Shown here one piece after another: positions 24,170 to 36,700 of a stretch of DNA of 64,000 nucleotides. The notes below the pieces were generated by a model that saw nothing but the letters and a program-made list of their open reading frames with translations, ran no database searches and was not told the origin of the DNA. The translations under genes and the position numbers were made by a program. The first letter of the stretch is position 1. Every line of letters begins with the position of its first letter. Source of the DNA: Podarcis liolepis (taxonomy: Eukaryota); NCBI GenBank assembly GCA_965112155.1, contig OZ218098.1; one strand, written 5' to 3'.

Positions 24170-26685
24170 GGCCAGCAACATAAACTGTATTTAAAGCATG
24201 GTTATTATATGAGGAAAAACCAAAGAGCAAGCACAGATTGCTGACTGGCAACCCCTGGCCCTCTCTTACCATGGCACAATATAGTTCCCCAGTGGAGGGA
24301 GGGGGAGAGAAAGCTAGCCATCCACACAAATGCACTTCAGTAGTCAAATACTCTTTCAAGCAACTGCAATCAGGACCTTCTGTTTTCTTGCAGAGTGGGG
24401 AGAGAAACATCAGGTAGGTATAAAGAAATAATTTAGCAATTTAATTTGTAATAATTTAGATACTCACCCACCTTTACAGTGAGAATGGCGCAAAACCTTT
24501 CTCCTGCAAAGACGTTTACCATGTGTGATCATGCTTTACATCTCCCCAGCTGCCTCCTGAACCTCCTGAGCAAAGCAGCCAAGAGGACATTCCAGTTTTC
24601 ACTGCACCCATGAGAGGCAATTATGTGACATGGACTTTCTTGGGTGGTGTGTTTATATTAAGTGCTTGCCTATCAGAGCCCACAAAGGGCTGGAGATGGA
24701 ATTACCTTTAGTCTCTACTTTAGTTGGAGAAAGTCACATCTAGCCAGCTAAGGAAAATCCTGGAGTGTAAGACTAGGTTCACAGGTTGGGCAAAACCTGT
24801 GTACGCTGGCCTTTGGTGGTGATGGTGGGGGCTTAGATCAACTTTCCACAGCCTGGTGCCCTCCAATGTTGTTAGGACTCCCAACTGCTATCGTCCACAG
24901 TAAGGTATGATGGAAGCTGGGAGTCTGGCAATGTCAGGAAGGCGCCAGAGACTGGGGAAAAGCTTCCTTAGGCCATGTGATTGCTCTTGCCCCCAACCAG
25001 GTATGTGAAAGGGGACAGGGAAGAATGGGCTATGGAGGGGCAATGCAAGAGCTTCAACGGAACCTATAGAATGCCAATACACAAGCGGCCACACTGTTTA
25101 CTCGGGAGACTTTCAGTGGGATAGGAGAGGGATGGGTGTCCATATATTGGACTTCAATGACCATCAGCCACCAGCTACTATTACCAATGGCCAGGAATGA
25201 TGGGAGCTGTAGTCCAACATCTGGAGGTTCCCCATCAGTTACAGGAAGTATATTCTTCAGCATGCTGCTGTTGCTACAATGGACCTACAAATGAGGTGTG
25301 GGGAAAGCTGTTAAATGGAAGAGGTACCTTACTGAAATCAAAATGTGAGGCAGTCGTGAAACAGGTCAATGTAAGAATGGGGAAGGAATACTTGGACACG
25401 GGCTATACAAACAGGATCTGGACACCTACTCTATCAAGGATGCTTTTAGTGTTTCTTAAACATATTCTGTGAAAACCTTTAGAGTGGGTGAATTCTTGGG
25501 AAAACTAGCAAATCTGCTGTTGGAAGCCATTCCTAGAATAGCCTCCTCTACAGCAGGAGAGGCAACTGCTGTAGATACAAAAGATACCGGCCACTTTCTC
25601 TCCTTGCACCAAATAGTTCAATTTGCAATTTTATGCCTTACTGCCAATTGAAATCATTTTGGTATGAAGCATACTCAGTAAATTAATGAGAGAGGGGAAT
25701 AGGAGAGCTGAATTCTGGGTTTTCATGCCAGCCAGAGAGTACCTGGCTGGCTAATCAGACTTTGAAGATCAAGACAAAAGCAAGTAGAAGTATGTTCTCC
25801 CCAGTTAAATGATGTGTCATTCTGGGAGAGGATGCTCATTCCTATGAAAAGGGGAGCTGCACGATTCCACAGAGTCGGGTTATCTTGACAGCACAGTTGA
25901 GGAAGGAAGCCATTTCAACAGAAAGCTTATTGTTTGTGTGTCTGTTGGAAAAAGTAGGCCAAGGCTTCTAATTAAGAGAACAAAAGAACGTCCTCCAACA
26001 CCTGGCCTGAAAGGCACAAGACTCGTCTCCAGGGGGGCCTCCTGTTGGGGCAGAGGGAAGGCCCTGAGGATGAAGCAGCCGGCTTTGTGGGTAACCTAGT
26101 CCATCCATCTCTCAGGCACAACCTCAGGGAGATCGGGAGAAGAGATTACCCAGCAGAAGGAGGCACTGCCTTGGATGGGAAAGAGCCGTCACATCAGAAC
26201 TTCCACTGGTCCAGAAAGGCACTTCTTCTGGGTGCAGGAAGAGAGGATTTAAATCTCCCAACCGGTGAATGCCTTATGCATCCTTGTGGGCTAGTTGTCA
26301 GCCGATCGGAGAGTCAATGTCTTGGTTAAAAGAGAGCTAAAAGGGAAACAGGAAAGGTGCCAGGGCCCCTGGCAGCGTTGATGATCTCTCTTTCAGATTG
26401 AATGCTTGGGCCTGGGCTTGGAAACATTTCTGGCAGATAAGAATTCTACAACTCCATGACTCTGGACCACAAAGAAAAGACTGGGTGAGCCCTGGGCCTC
26501 CACGACTGCCATAAGGAGGACAACTGATCTCTCTCTCTCTGGCAGAGGCACTGGGTGAGAACAAGTTTCCTTAAGCAGCAGAAGTCCTTGCGAGGTTGAT
26601 TTTTTCTGTGCTGCCGCCTAAAAGGATAGGGTGATGGGATGGAACGTGGTGTAGTCAAGCAGGTGGGGTGGTCTTCCAAGCTTCC

Positions 26686-26745
26686 CTAGTAAGGCTCAGA
26701 TTTCAAATTCCTGTACAAACAGCAAGTGAAGAGCATCCCAAATAT
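26686..26745 (-). CDS. CD151: CD151 coding exon 7 ([19 protein letters not shown])
   Basis: 60 nt including TAG; acceptor ttttttgccttctag|; juxtamembrane CC and a YxxL motif. Confidence 0.96.
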   Translation of the reverse strand: MFGMLFTCCLYRNLKSEPY

Positions 26746-28734
26746 CTAGAAGGCAAAAAAACAACAATACAAAACATGGGTAAGCAACAGGAGAAGCAAT
26801 GCATCAAGCCATGTATCTCAGCACCTCTTCATTCTTCTCACATGGGAGAGAATGTTGGTCCCTTGCAATCATCCCTTGTGGGTTTTGCAGTCAGAAGGGA
26901 CCGATCTTCCAATATGGGTACAGAGAAAATATGACCTGAAACCTCAGCAGGTGAACCCTGAAGCTTGGGCAAGCTCAGTGGTCTGTAGCTCGGGGACAGC
27001 ATCTCGCTTTCACACAGAAGGTCCCAGGCTCAACTTCCAACATTTCCAGGTATAGCTGACCCCTGTCAAAAACCCTGGAAAGCCACTGCCTCTCAGTTAC
27101 TGCTCAATGAACCAAAAGTATGACTTCGTAAAAGGTAATTTCCTATGCTCCAGCAGGGCAGCTGTGATGCTGCAAGCAAGGGCATTCCTTTGGACAGCTG
27201 GCAATAGCTGTTTTCTGTAAGAAGTAAAAGGAAAATCTCGCCCAAGTGAGAAAGAGCCAGTCCCGAATGAACTGCACTTTACAATGACAGCTGCAAAGGC
27301 ATGAGAGGAAGGGAGAAATGCACTGGTTCGGCATTAAGATTGCATGAAGATCACTGCACATTTCACCTTTGGCCATTAAAAAAAAAAAAGGAAAAGGAAA
27401 CATTCTCATAATTATTTGAAATGGGAAGAGAAGAGAGAAATCGAGCAATGGATAGTTACTATGTGATGGTCAAAACTCCCAAGATATCACTGTGGGTTAT
27501 TCTGGTAGTGTTCTGAATTTTAAGAAAAAGAAGTTATTTTAAAACAGGGGTCAGCAAACTTACTGCGCCTCGGGCCGGTGTCTCCAGCGCCGATTGTGCG
27601 GCAGGCCGGAGAGTGGAGGAGCGCGTGCCCATACGTGTGCGCACACGCTATTTCTGGCACACTTCTGGGTTGGAGAAGCACCAGAAATAGCTTGTGCGCA
27701 TGTGCACAGGCCTCCTCCGACCCGGATGTGCACTGGAAATAACGCTTGTGCATGCGCAAATAACGCTTGTGCATGTGCAAATAACCCTTGCGCATGTGCA
27801 CAAGCTATTTCTGGTGCTCCTCCAATCCGGAAGTGGGCAGCCGCGCAGCGCAGCACCGGTAAGAGCGGGCAGTGGCAGTGGGGGTCACCGCGGGCCAGAT
27901 AAACGAGTCCCTCGGGCCTTATCCAGCCCGCAGACCTTAGTTTGGGGACCCCTGTTTTAAAAGCATCCCCTTCTAATTACACTGCTCAGTCTGAGCAGCT
28001 GTTGGGACAAATCACCACTAGAGGCTGCCTTCTCACTGCTTTACAGAAAGATTTCTGTTTTTCACAACCTTCCCTTCAGTAAATAGCATGTTGGTGTTTT
28101 TTTTACTGAGTCATTTGTATCTAGAGTTGGCAACCTCAAACCTTTAGAAGCGCCTCCATCCGTAAGCTGTAGGATTTTTTTAAGCACACAGGTTATTAGG
28201 GATTTACATGTATATGTTTTTGGAAAATTGCCACTTTAAAATGATTGTGGGGGGGACATTCTCTCAATTTTACAGTGAATCAGATAACTCACATCTAAGA
28301 AAACACCACCAAAGCTGGTTTCTACTGTAGCTTCTTAGCAGGGAACCCAGGGGGTGGGGAGGGCCACATTCCATTCAGGGCAACTTTCTGAGGGCCACTT
28401 GTCAGGGTCAAAGGTTAATATCAGGCATGTAAAAAGTCCTTTGTGTGGTTGCTTGTATTGAGTGGGAATTGTCTCCAGTTAGGGAAGCAATTTGAACGCT
28501 GAAAGCAAGCCAACTTTTGAGGCCATGAATGAACTACAAATGGCAAGACAGGTAAGTGCAGGTATGCAGGCTGGCAGGCAAATTTGTGGGGGGGGGGGTA
28601 GTAACTTTTGAGAACTCATTAGCAATGCTAGTTAATATACTGTGCTCAGCCAACACACTGGCTTCAGAAATTCATGATTGCCACAAATCATGGAGATATA
28701 GAAAATTGCAAAAGAAATAGGCATGGGTGAGAAT

Positions 28735-28782
<48 letters not shown>

Positions 28783-31700
28783 ATGTGAGATGATACTTGA
28801 GCTTAAAGTGTGTGTGTGTGTCAGAAAAATAAGATCAGAGATGACAGCTACTTCTATGACCAGGAGATTGCTCAAGGCAGAGCGATGGAATATAGAATCA
28901 CTTCCCGCATTCAGAGCAAACTCAACGAAGCCTCCAGAATCCAGTGGTGCTGGACTGCTGCTTAATTCCAGCTGCTTTTACATGGTTACAATTTGCACAC
29001 AGGATCCTCTGGATCCTGCAAAGCTATTATCTCTAATTTACAGACAATAGCAAAGAGAAATCGATGTCCTTTTTGTCCTAATGCAGTGTTGTTGGCAACT
29101 AGAGTGGGCAACAGGCCAATCCAAAGCCAACCACTGGAGCAATTGGCCAAGTGCTATGCCACACTCCTGCCTAGCGCCTGCGGGGGAAGTATGCACCTTT
29201 CATGATATTCCTGAAACCTTTCTCTTTCTCTTCTGTGGTTGATTACCCATATGTTTTCTGCAGCGCTGTTTGTTTGTCTGTCCTATAGCAGCTTTCAGAT
29301 CAATGGTAAACTGCATGACAGGTATCCATGGGTCAGACTTTGCTTACAGGTCCCCAGTCGCCAATTACTCTCATAACAGTAAACCTGAGACAGGAACTGT
29401 AGCATGGTGGTCTCCCAAGCTCTAACCTTGCACACTTCAATCCTGCATATTACTAGCCCATACCTGTACAAAAGCAATGCCAATCCCCACTGCTCCAATG
29501 ATTTTCAGGTGTTCCTGGATGAAGTTTTCCAGTTTAGTGATGCAGCCACCCTAGAGAGAGAGAGAAAAAATTGTTGACATAATTTCAAGTTTAATTTGTG
29601 TCTTCTTGTGCTGTTTCGAGATTCGCATGTGAAAAAGAAGTTTTCACACAGCAAATAAATGCAAGAAAATAAAAAAATGGGCTGGGGCATCTGAACAAAT
29701 GCTCATCCTTGCAAGGATTTCTTGGCCTAATGCTTCACTTTAACCATGTTACACATGTGGCCTGAATAGAGGGCTCCTACAAAGTCAAATCAGTAGTAGT
29801 AGTAGCTTGAATCAGTGGCGCATCAGCAGCCAACTGTAAACCAGTAACATCAACAGGCAATAAAAAAAGACATGAAGTAGAACACAGCGTTAGGGAAGCT
29901 CAATCGCTGTCTGCCTCCATCTTTAAAATATTGTCTTTGGCCTCCTGGTGGCCTGTTTATCTGCCTTGCCAAGTCATTGCAGACAGGAGAAATAACAGGA
30001 TTAGCTGCAGTGTGAGGCAAGCTTGATTTTTTCAGTTGTTTAATCATTCCACAAATGTATTCCCACTGGGTAGTGGCCTAAGGAAGAAAGCACATGAGTG
30101 CATGGCTCATGGTTTCAAAGCTCAAGCCAGTAAAGACAGAGCTGAGGAGACTCAAGTTTAAATCCCCCATGAGCTATGAAGCTCATGGGATGGCTTTCAG
30201 TCAGTCACCATCCCTCAGCCTTGCCTACCTCATGGGATAGCTCTGGCGAGGATGAAAATGGAAAGGAATATCTACAGAACACACTTATAACTACCGGTAC
30301 TTTGTACCAATTTAACTTCTATGTCTCCCCCCAAAGAGGTCTAGTTTGGGGAAGATGCTTAAAATCCTTTGTTAAAGGATCTCCTGTCCCTTCCCATACA
30401 AATATGGTTCTCAGGATTCCCTAAGGAGAGGGAACAAGTGTTTTGAAATGTGTTTAAACTGATTATGTAAACTGGTCATTCTTTCTACGTTTCCTTTCAG
30501 CAGCCTGTCATAGGCAGGTCAATCTCAAAAGGCAGACTGGAGGCAAATGTTGCAGAATGTAAATACTTCACTATTCTTTCCAAATCTTTGGAAATATTAT
30601 TTAATACATTTCTTTATATCCACGTAAATGGCACTTCTGTGTGATTTACATGAGAGGACAGTTCCCTGCCCCAATAGGCCTACAACGTAGAAACAAGACA
30701 ATGTGAGACAAGAGACGAATGACGAGGAAATGGAGGCCAGGGCAAGCTGGGGAAGAAAATACAAAATGGTGGAATCTCCTTTCAAACGAGTATCTTTTCT
30801 CACCAAAAGTATGTCCTATTGCACTTTGGAAAAGAAGCTAGGGGGTGGGCAGCAGGAATCACCTGGGCCCAGCAGTCAGCAATCATGCCCCGAGGCACAG
30901 GGCTTAGTCTGTCTCTGCCTAAAACAAGCTTAGTTGCAGAAGTTATTCATGCTCCTCATATCATTTAATCCCCCTCTGAATCCTGTTGAAAAATGATTGC
31001 TTCATTGCCATCACTCTTTGGCAGAACACTCTGTAGACTGAAACATCAACTGACAGTTGGAAAATTGGAATTCCGTGGCTAAAAAAAACTTCCCAAAGTA
31101 TTTTTGAGTTTAAGGGGACAAACTTTTTTTTTTTAAAAAAATACAGTTTAGGTTGCCAAGTCTGACTGTTTGTCCCTTTTCATTGAAAATGGTAAAAACA
31201 ACAACCAAAGAACACCACAAGATGGTGGCAAAGTATCTCTGCCTCACCTGCCCACGTGTTGGAACAGAACTGTTGAGGAATATAAATATCTATTTGCGAC
31301 TAGTTTTGTGACTACTCTAGAAGAAAATCTTCAGGCAATGTTGCAGAACCTACTGAGACGCTGAATCTGCTGTGGTGCCTTGCATGCAACTTGTTGATAA
31401 AAGTAGTCTCAGAGCCATCTGGCATCCACTTAACTTTCAGATAAGAGGGAGGCGGCTCAGGTCTGATTTCTTACCTCTTTGTAGATATTCGAAGGATGAT
31501 CTCTTTGGCCACATTTATCTGTCACTGTCTTGCAGCAACTGTCAGGGAACTTCCGGTTTAATGCATCAGGAGATTTGATCCATTCGCTGTCACTCCAGTC
31601 TGAAGCATTATGGCTGCCACAGCACTTAAACTGAACACACACAAACATAAAAGCAAAGTTTGCAGGGCTTATTGCCAAAAGATGTTGCAACACTCAAGTT

Positions 31701-33689
31701 GTCTATGGTATCATGTCTGTGAATGCCTGTACCTCTGGCCTGCACAACTGCAGGAGCATACAGCCCACCAGTCATACAACAGAAGAGCTATTGAGCTTTT
31801 GCAGTGCTAGAGGGCTGTGCACATTTCTTCCCAAGAGCAACACCAAGCTGGGTTTAGCTGGCATTTCTGTAAGAGAGTATAACTATGACTGCTGACTGGT
31901 TTCTTTTAAAGAAAACGTTCCTTAAATATAAAGCCATCCTTGAATAAAGATATACATGGTGATGTCACTGCTACTTACTATACATATATGGGATGTGTGT
32001 AAGCTGGCCTATAAACATCCTGCTGTTCCTTTGACAGTCAATGAAGAGGCTACTCTGGTTGTTCTCGCTGTATCAAGCTACATTCTCTGTAAGCAGATCA
32101 AATATTCGGCATGGTGTAGAAGAGTCATAGCTAGAGTGAACTCATTCCTGGCAGGCATGCTGTACACTCACATGCTTCCTATCCATTACAGTCCAAGCGA
32201 GTCTCCTCCCTTCCTTGCATTTTCCCGTCTTATGTCATGTCTGCAGAGAAACACCCTAGGCATGCAGCCAGAAGCTCTGCATGTATAGGCCTGCCATACG
32301 CCCAGATTTTCCTGGACATTACTGGGATATCAAAGGGGGGAATTTCCAAAAGAAGGCACTTAGTCCTGGATCTTAGGCAAGTAAAAAAAAAAACCCCAAC
32401 AATTTTGGTGGTGTTCTGGTTTTTACTTTTTGAAATATGGCTAACAGATTGAGGTTGAATCCTAACAAGACAGAAGCACTGTTCTTGAGGGGAAAGGCAG
32501 GTGTGGGGGACTCCCTGGCTCTGAATGGGGTAACTGTGCCCCTGAAGGACCAGGTATGCAGCCTGGGAGTCGTTTTGGACTCACAGCTGTCCATGGAGGC
32601 GCAGGTCAATTCTGTGTCCAAGGTAGCTGTTTACCAGCTCCATCTGGTATGCAGGCTGAGACCCTACCTGCCTGCAGACTGTCTCACCAGAGTGGTGCAT
32701 GCTCTGGTTATCTCCCGCTTGGACTACTGTCTAGAATATCAACATTTTAAAAAGCCACATAAGTATAAAAATATTGCTGTGGTAAAGTGGTTTTACAAAC
32801 TAAAAAGTAGGAATAGTAGGAACCAATCATTCCCCTGTCACTAGCCAAGGTTTCACCTTCTTTCTGAACTGCGGCAAGTCTCAAATAACTTTCTGTAACC
32901 TTGGAGCTATGCAGCTGAGTGCACTTCCTCTCCTGTATGAATTACAGCCTAAAACAATGAGATGCCTGTCCAAGTTTTCCAAACTAGGTGTGTCAGACAA
33001 CACAAGTGCTCCCTGATGGAATGACCTAAAATAGGGTTTCTCTGCTTGATGGAAGATAAAAACCCTGCCTTTTCTCTGTGCTCTGTTGTAAACTGGATTT
33101 CCCATCATACACTTCCGTCACTAGAAATTACTGGCTCCGAGAAAAAGATGTGACAAAGAAGTAGCGGGGGCTTCATCACCTTCCACATTCGGAAAGGCTG
33201 CCACATTTGCTCCAAAAGAAGATTTGTCTGCGCTCTCACTTTTCTCTTCAAATGACATGTGAAGGTATAGTAGATTGGTGCTTCGGAGACGCAACCACTA
33301 AATATGGCCACCTGTTTATTTTAACCAGCTGCACTTGTGCTTCTCTTTTGGGACTTCTTGTGCCAGGAATGAAGCCAAGAGGCAGCAATGTGCTAATAAT
33401 ACATGTGCCCTGTACAGCACCTCTTGACCAAAGAGGTTAACCAAAGTAGAAGGCATGGGAAAGTGATCTGTACAAAGTAGGAGGCATGGGGGAAATTATC
33501 TATATTTGGAAAGCCCAGTCAGGGTATCCAAGGGACTGCTCTGTGTGGTCAAGTATTCTGCAAATATTCTGACAAGCTGTATCTCACAAACCCTAGATCT
33601 CTTAAGGCTGGTTCATAATTATTTATTCATGGCATAAAATTTATATACCGCTTGACTGTAAAAAGCAAACAAACCTCAAAGCCGTTTAT

Positions 33690-33739
<50 letters not shown>

Positions 33740-36700
33740 CAGTAATTTGATAATTTCATGTGCTACTCAAGAAAATAGAAGTCTGGAGCTCCCCCTCTCC
33801 AGTTGTGAATCAAACAATCCAGATGAGCAGAGGCCTATATGTATATATTTCTATGCAATTAGACTCTCATTTTGCAACGCAGATGGCATTTGCCACAAAA
33901 AAGGGAGGTGGAAAGAAGACCCGTTGCGCATCAATGTGTGTGCAAGACCTCAATTCGCATAATAAAATCGTCCATGTGCACAGGAGGTGTGCATGAGAAT
34001 GAAGCTCATTCCCACCATGTTTATAGAATCTACAGGCCATAGCACAGCACAGCTGGATTCTTGCAATCCCCATTCCACAGCACATAGGATCTTCTTGCAA
34101 TAGCAGCATGCAGGTCCAAATTGCAACTGTGTATACCAGCTTCTGCCCAGCTGGTGCTCTCCAGATATTTTGGACTACAACTCCCATCAGCCTCAGCCAG
34201 TAGGGCTGATGGGCATTGCAAGCCAAAATACAGTATCTGGATGGTACCAGCTGGGCAGAGGCTAGTTCACAGAGTTGAGGCCAGAAGATACACGTCATAG
34301 ATGCCCTTGTGCATTTTAACAATAAAACAATGAACAGACTACTGCAATCGACACAAGATAATATCACCAAGGCAACTATATGTAAACAAACAAGAAATGT
34401 CCATAAAAATGGCAAAAGTAGTTTCCTTCCCAAATAGGTTTTTATCTTAAACAACTGCAAATGCAGTAAATAAAGAGTTCACTTGTGATATATCAAGGGC
34501 TTGGATATCAATCAGACGTTTCATCGCTAAAGAGCTTAGTCATCGAGTTTTGTAGTAAATAATATACAAGAGAAGACAGTATGTAAACGACTTGAAGGAG
34601 GGGTATATCTGTCCCCATCTGCATGTTTCCATTGGGAGGAACATAGAAAGAGAACGATGTCCTTCACTTTGTCAAACCTCCTACAGTTTAGTGACGAAAC
34701 GTCTGATTACCAGAACGATGTCCAAGCACTGAACCACTGGAATATCACAAGTGGACTGTTTATTACTGAGTTTGCAGTTGTTCAATATAAAATCTATTTT
34801 GGAAAGAGAAGAAATGAGCACTGAACCTCTGATATATTACAAGTGAGCTCTTTATTTACTCTGTTTGCAATTGTTTAAGATAAAACCTATTTGGGAAAGA
34901 AACTACTTTTGCCATTTTTATGGATGTTTGTTACAGATAGATGCCTTGGTGTTTATTATCTTGTATCAATTGTTGTGCATTTTAGGCAAGTGGAGAAACC
35001 ATTCCACATATTTGGTGGAATACTTCCTTCCATAGTCGAAAGATGTAGAATCTTATCACCCTATTTAAATCCATTTCCTAAGCCTACCTCCTGCTGCAGT
35101 TTGTCCACCGCACTAGTCACGGACACTTCGTCTGGCTTCATGTACTTCTGGGTCATTGTCTCCTTCAGATTTTGCTTCAGCTCTGTATTCAGCTGCATAG
35201 GGTGGGGGAAAGGTAGTGGGGATGGAAAGAAAATATGAATAACATCCTTCTTTGACATAGCTCTCTGTATGATAACCAACACAAAACTGCACCCAGAATG
35301 ACTCAATAGATCCCTGGTCCAATTTTACAAGATAAATAAATTTGGGAAACAAAGGTGAGATGGAGAGTTGCAGAGTGTTAGGCAAGTGGGTTGCTCTAGA
35401 GCAGGATTAGGACCCTGTGGCTCCCCAGATGTAGCAGGACTAGAACTCACAACTTCCTGGCCACTGGCCATGTAGGCCAGGACTAATGGAAGATCACATC
35501 CCTGCTCTAGAGAATCCCCAAGCTCTAAATAAACACAGGCAGATGCAACAAGCCTTTCTTCCCTTTTGCCTAGGTAGATCACAATCTGCTGGTGAGATCT
35601 GAGTGATCTGCAAGAATTCTGACTCCCAATCCTTTAACAATAGGAATGACACACTCCCCTTCTCCCCTCTAAATTGGGCTGCTGAGATTAAGAAAGCTGC
35701 AGGAGGGGAACCAGCAGTTGATTTGTGTCCAACACGACTGTGAGCTTAGTTCTGCTACTGAAAAAATTCCCAAGTTGAAAGTGTTCCAACAACGTTCTAC
35801 CAGAATCGCACTGCCACTATTTTGCTCCAGCTGGTGGACCTTGGGTGTCTTCTAAAAAGCCAAATACACACCCCACAATCCTGAAGTCTGGCCGCTTCTA
35901 GCCTAAGCTTATTTTCTAAGATTTTCTGTAAAATAAACAGGCATCCCACTTCACTTGAATTCTAGCTTGTTTTATGACCCTGGGGCTCCACTGGCTTGGG
36001 CCCAAGCACCTGGGCTTGACTGGACTCATGGGACAGGCTATCAGCGACCCCAGTACTTTTGAAAGTAGAGCTCTGCAGTTGTCACCATGAGCTACATTTT
36101 CTCTCATGCATGCACTTCACCACTGGTGAATGAAATGGAAAGTTCCATCAAACTCTTACTACAATGTACATAGAAGCAACAAAGCTGCCTTATACTATGG
36201 ACTCATCTAGCTAACTACCTGTCAACCCTGATTGGCTACATATCTGTAGGATCTTGAGCAGAGATCTCTCTCAGCCCAACCCATGGAGATCTTTTAACTG
36301 CAAATGTCAGTAACTCAGCCCAGAGACCTTTCAGCATCTAAAGAAAATGCTCTACCACAGAAGCACTTGGGGGGGGGGGAGCAGATGCCCCAGGAAACAA
36401 AGCAAGGGTTTTTGCATCAAAATACAGCAGTGATACATCCTTAAATTCCACTTGTACAAGGTAAACATATCAAAGGAGTGACTAGAGCATCATTTGTTTG
36501 CCAGACTAGTGCTTTGATTTGAACCCAAATGATATGAGGCTTTAGAGATGAATAATTCACACAAATACAAGGGGAAAAGGTTTGCTGGCACCAAAAGCAA
36601 AATTAGAGAGAGAGAGAGAGACTCAATTAGCAGATGCCTTCCAGGAAAAACAAAATAAATTACCTGTGGGCTCATAGGAAAGAACTGCAGCATGGAAAAA

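Noticed and set aside
27560-27960. Repetitive ORFs (CAHAQ...) and an array superficially like CRISPR
   Set aside because: Head-to-tail 21-bp tandem units with no unique spacers, inside a TIR/TSD-bounded eukaryotic transposon
33867-34460. 197-aa ORF on the - strand, and its look-alike 34891..35238 on +
   Set aside because: It spans MITE and inverted-repeat DNA; the shared LLLPFLW text merely reflects the inverted arms
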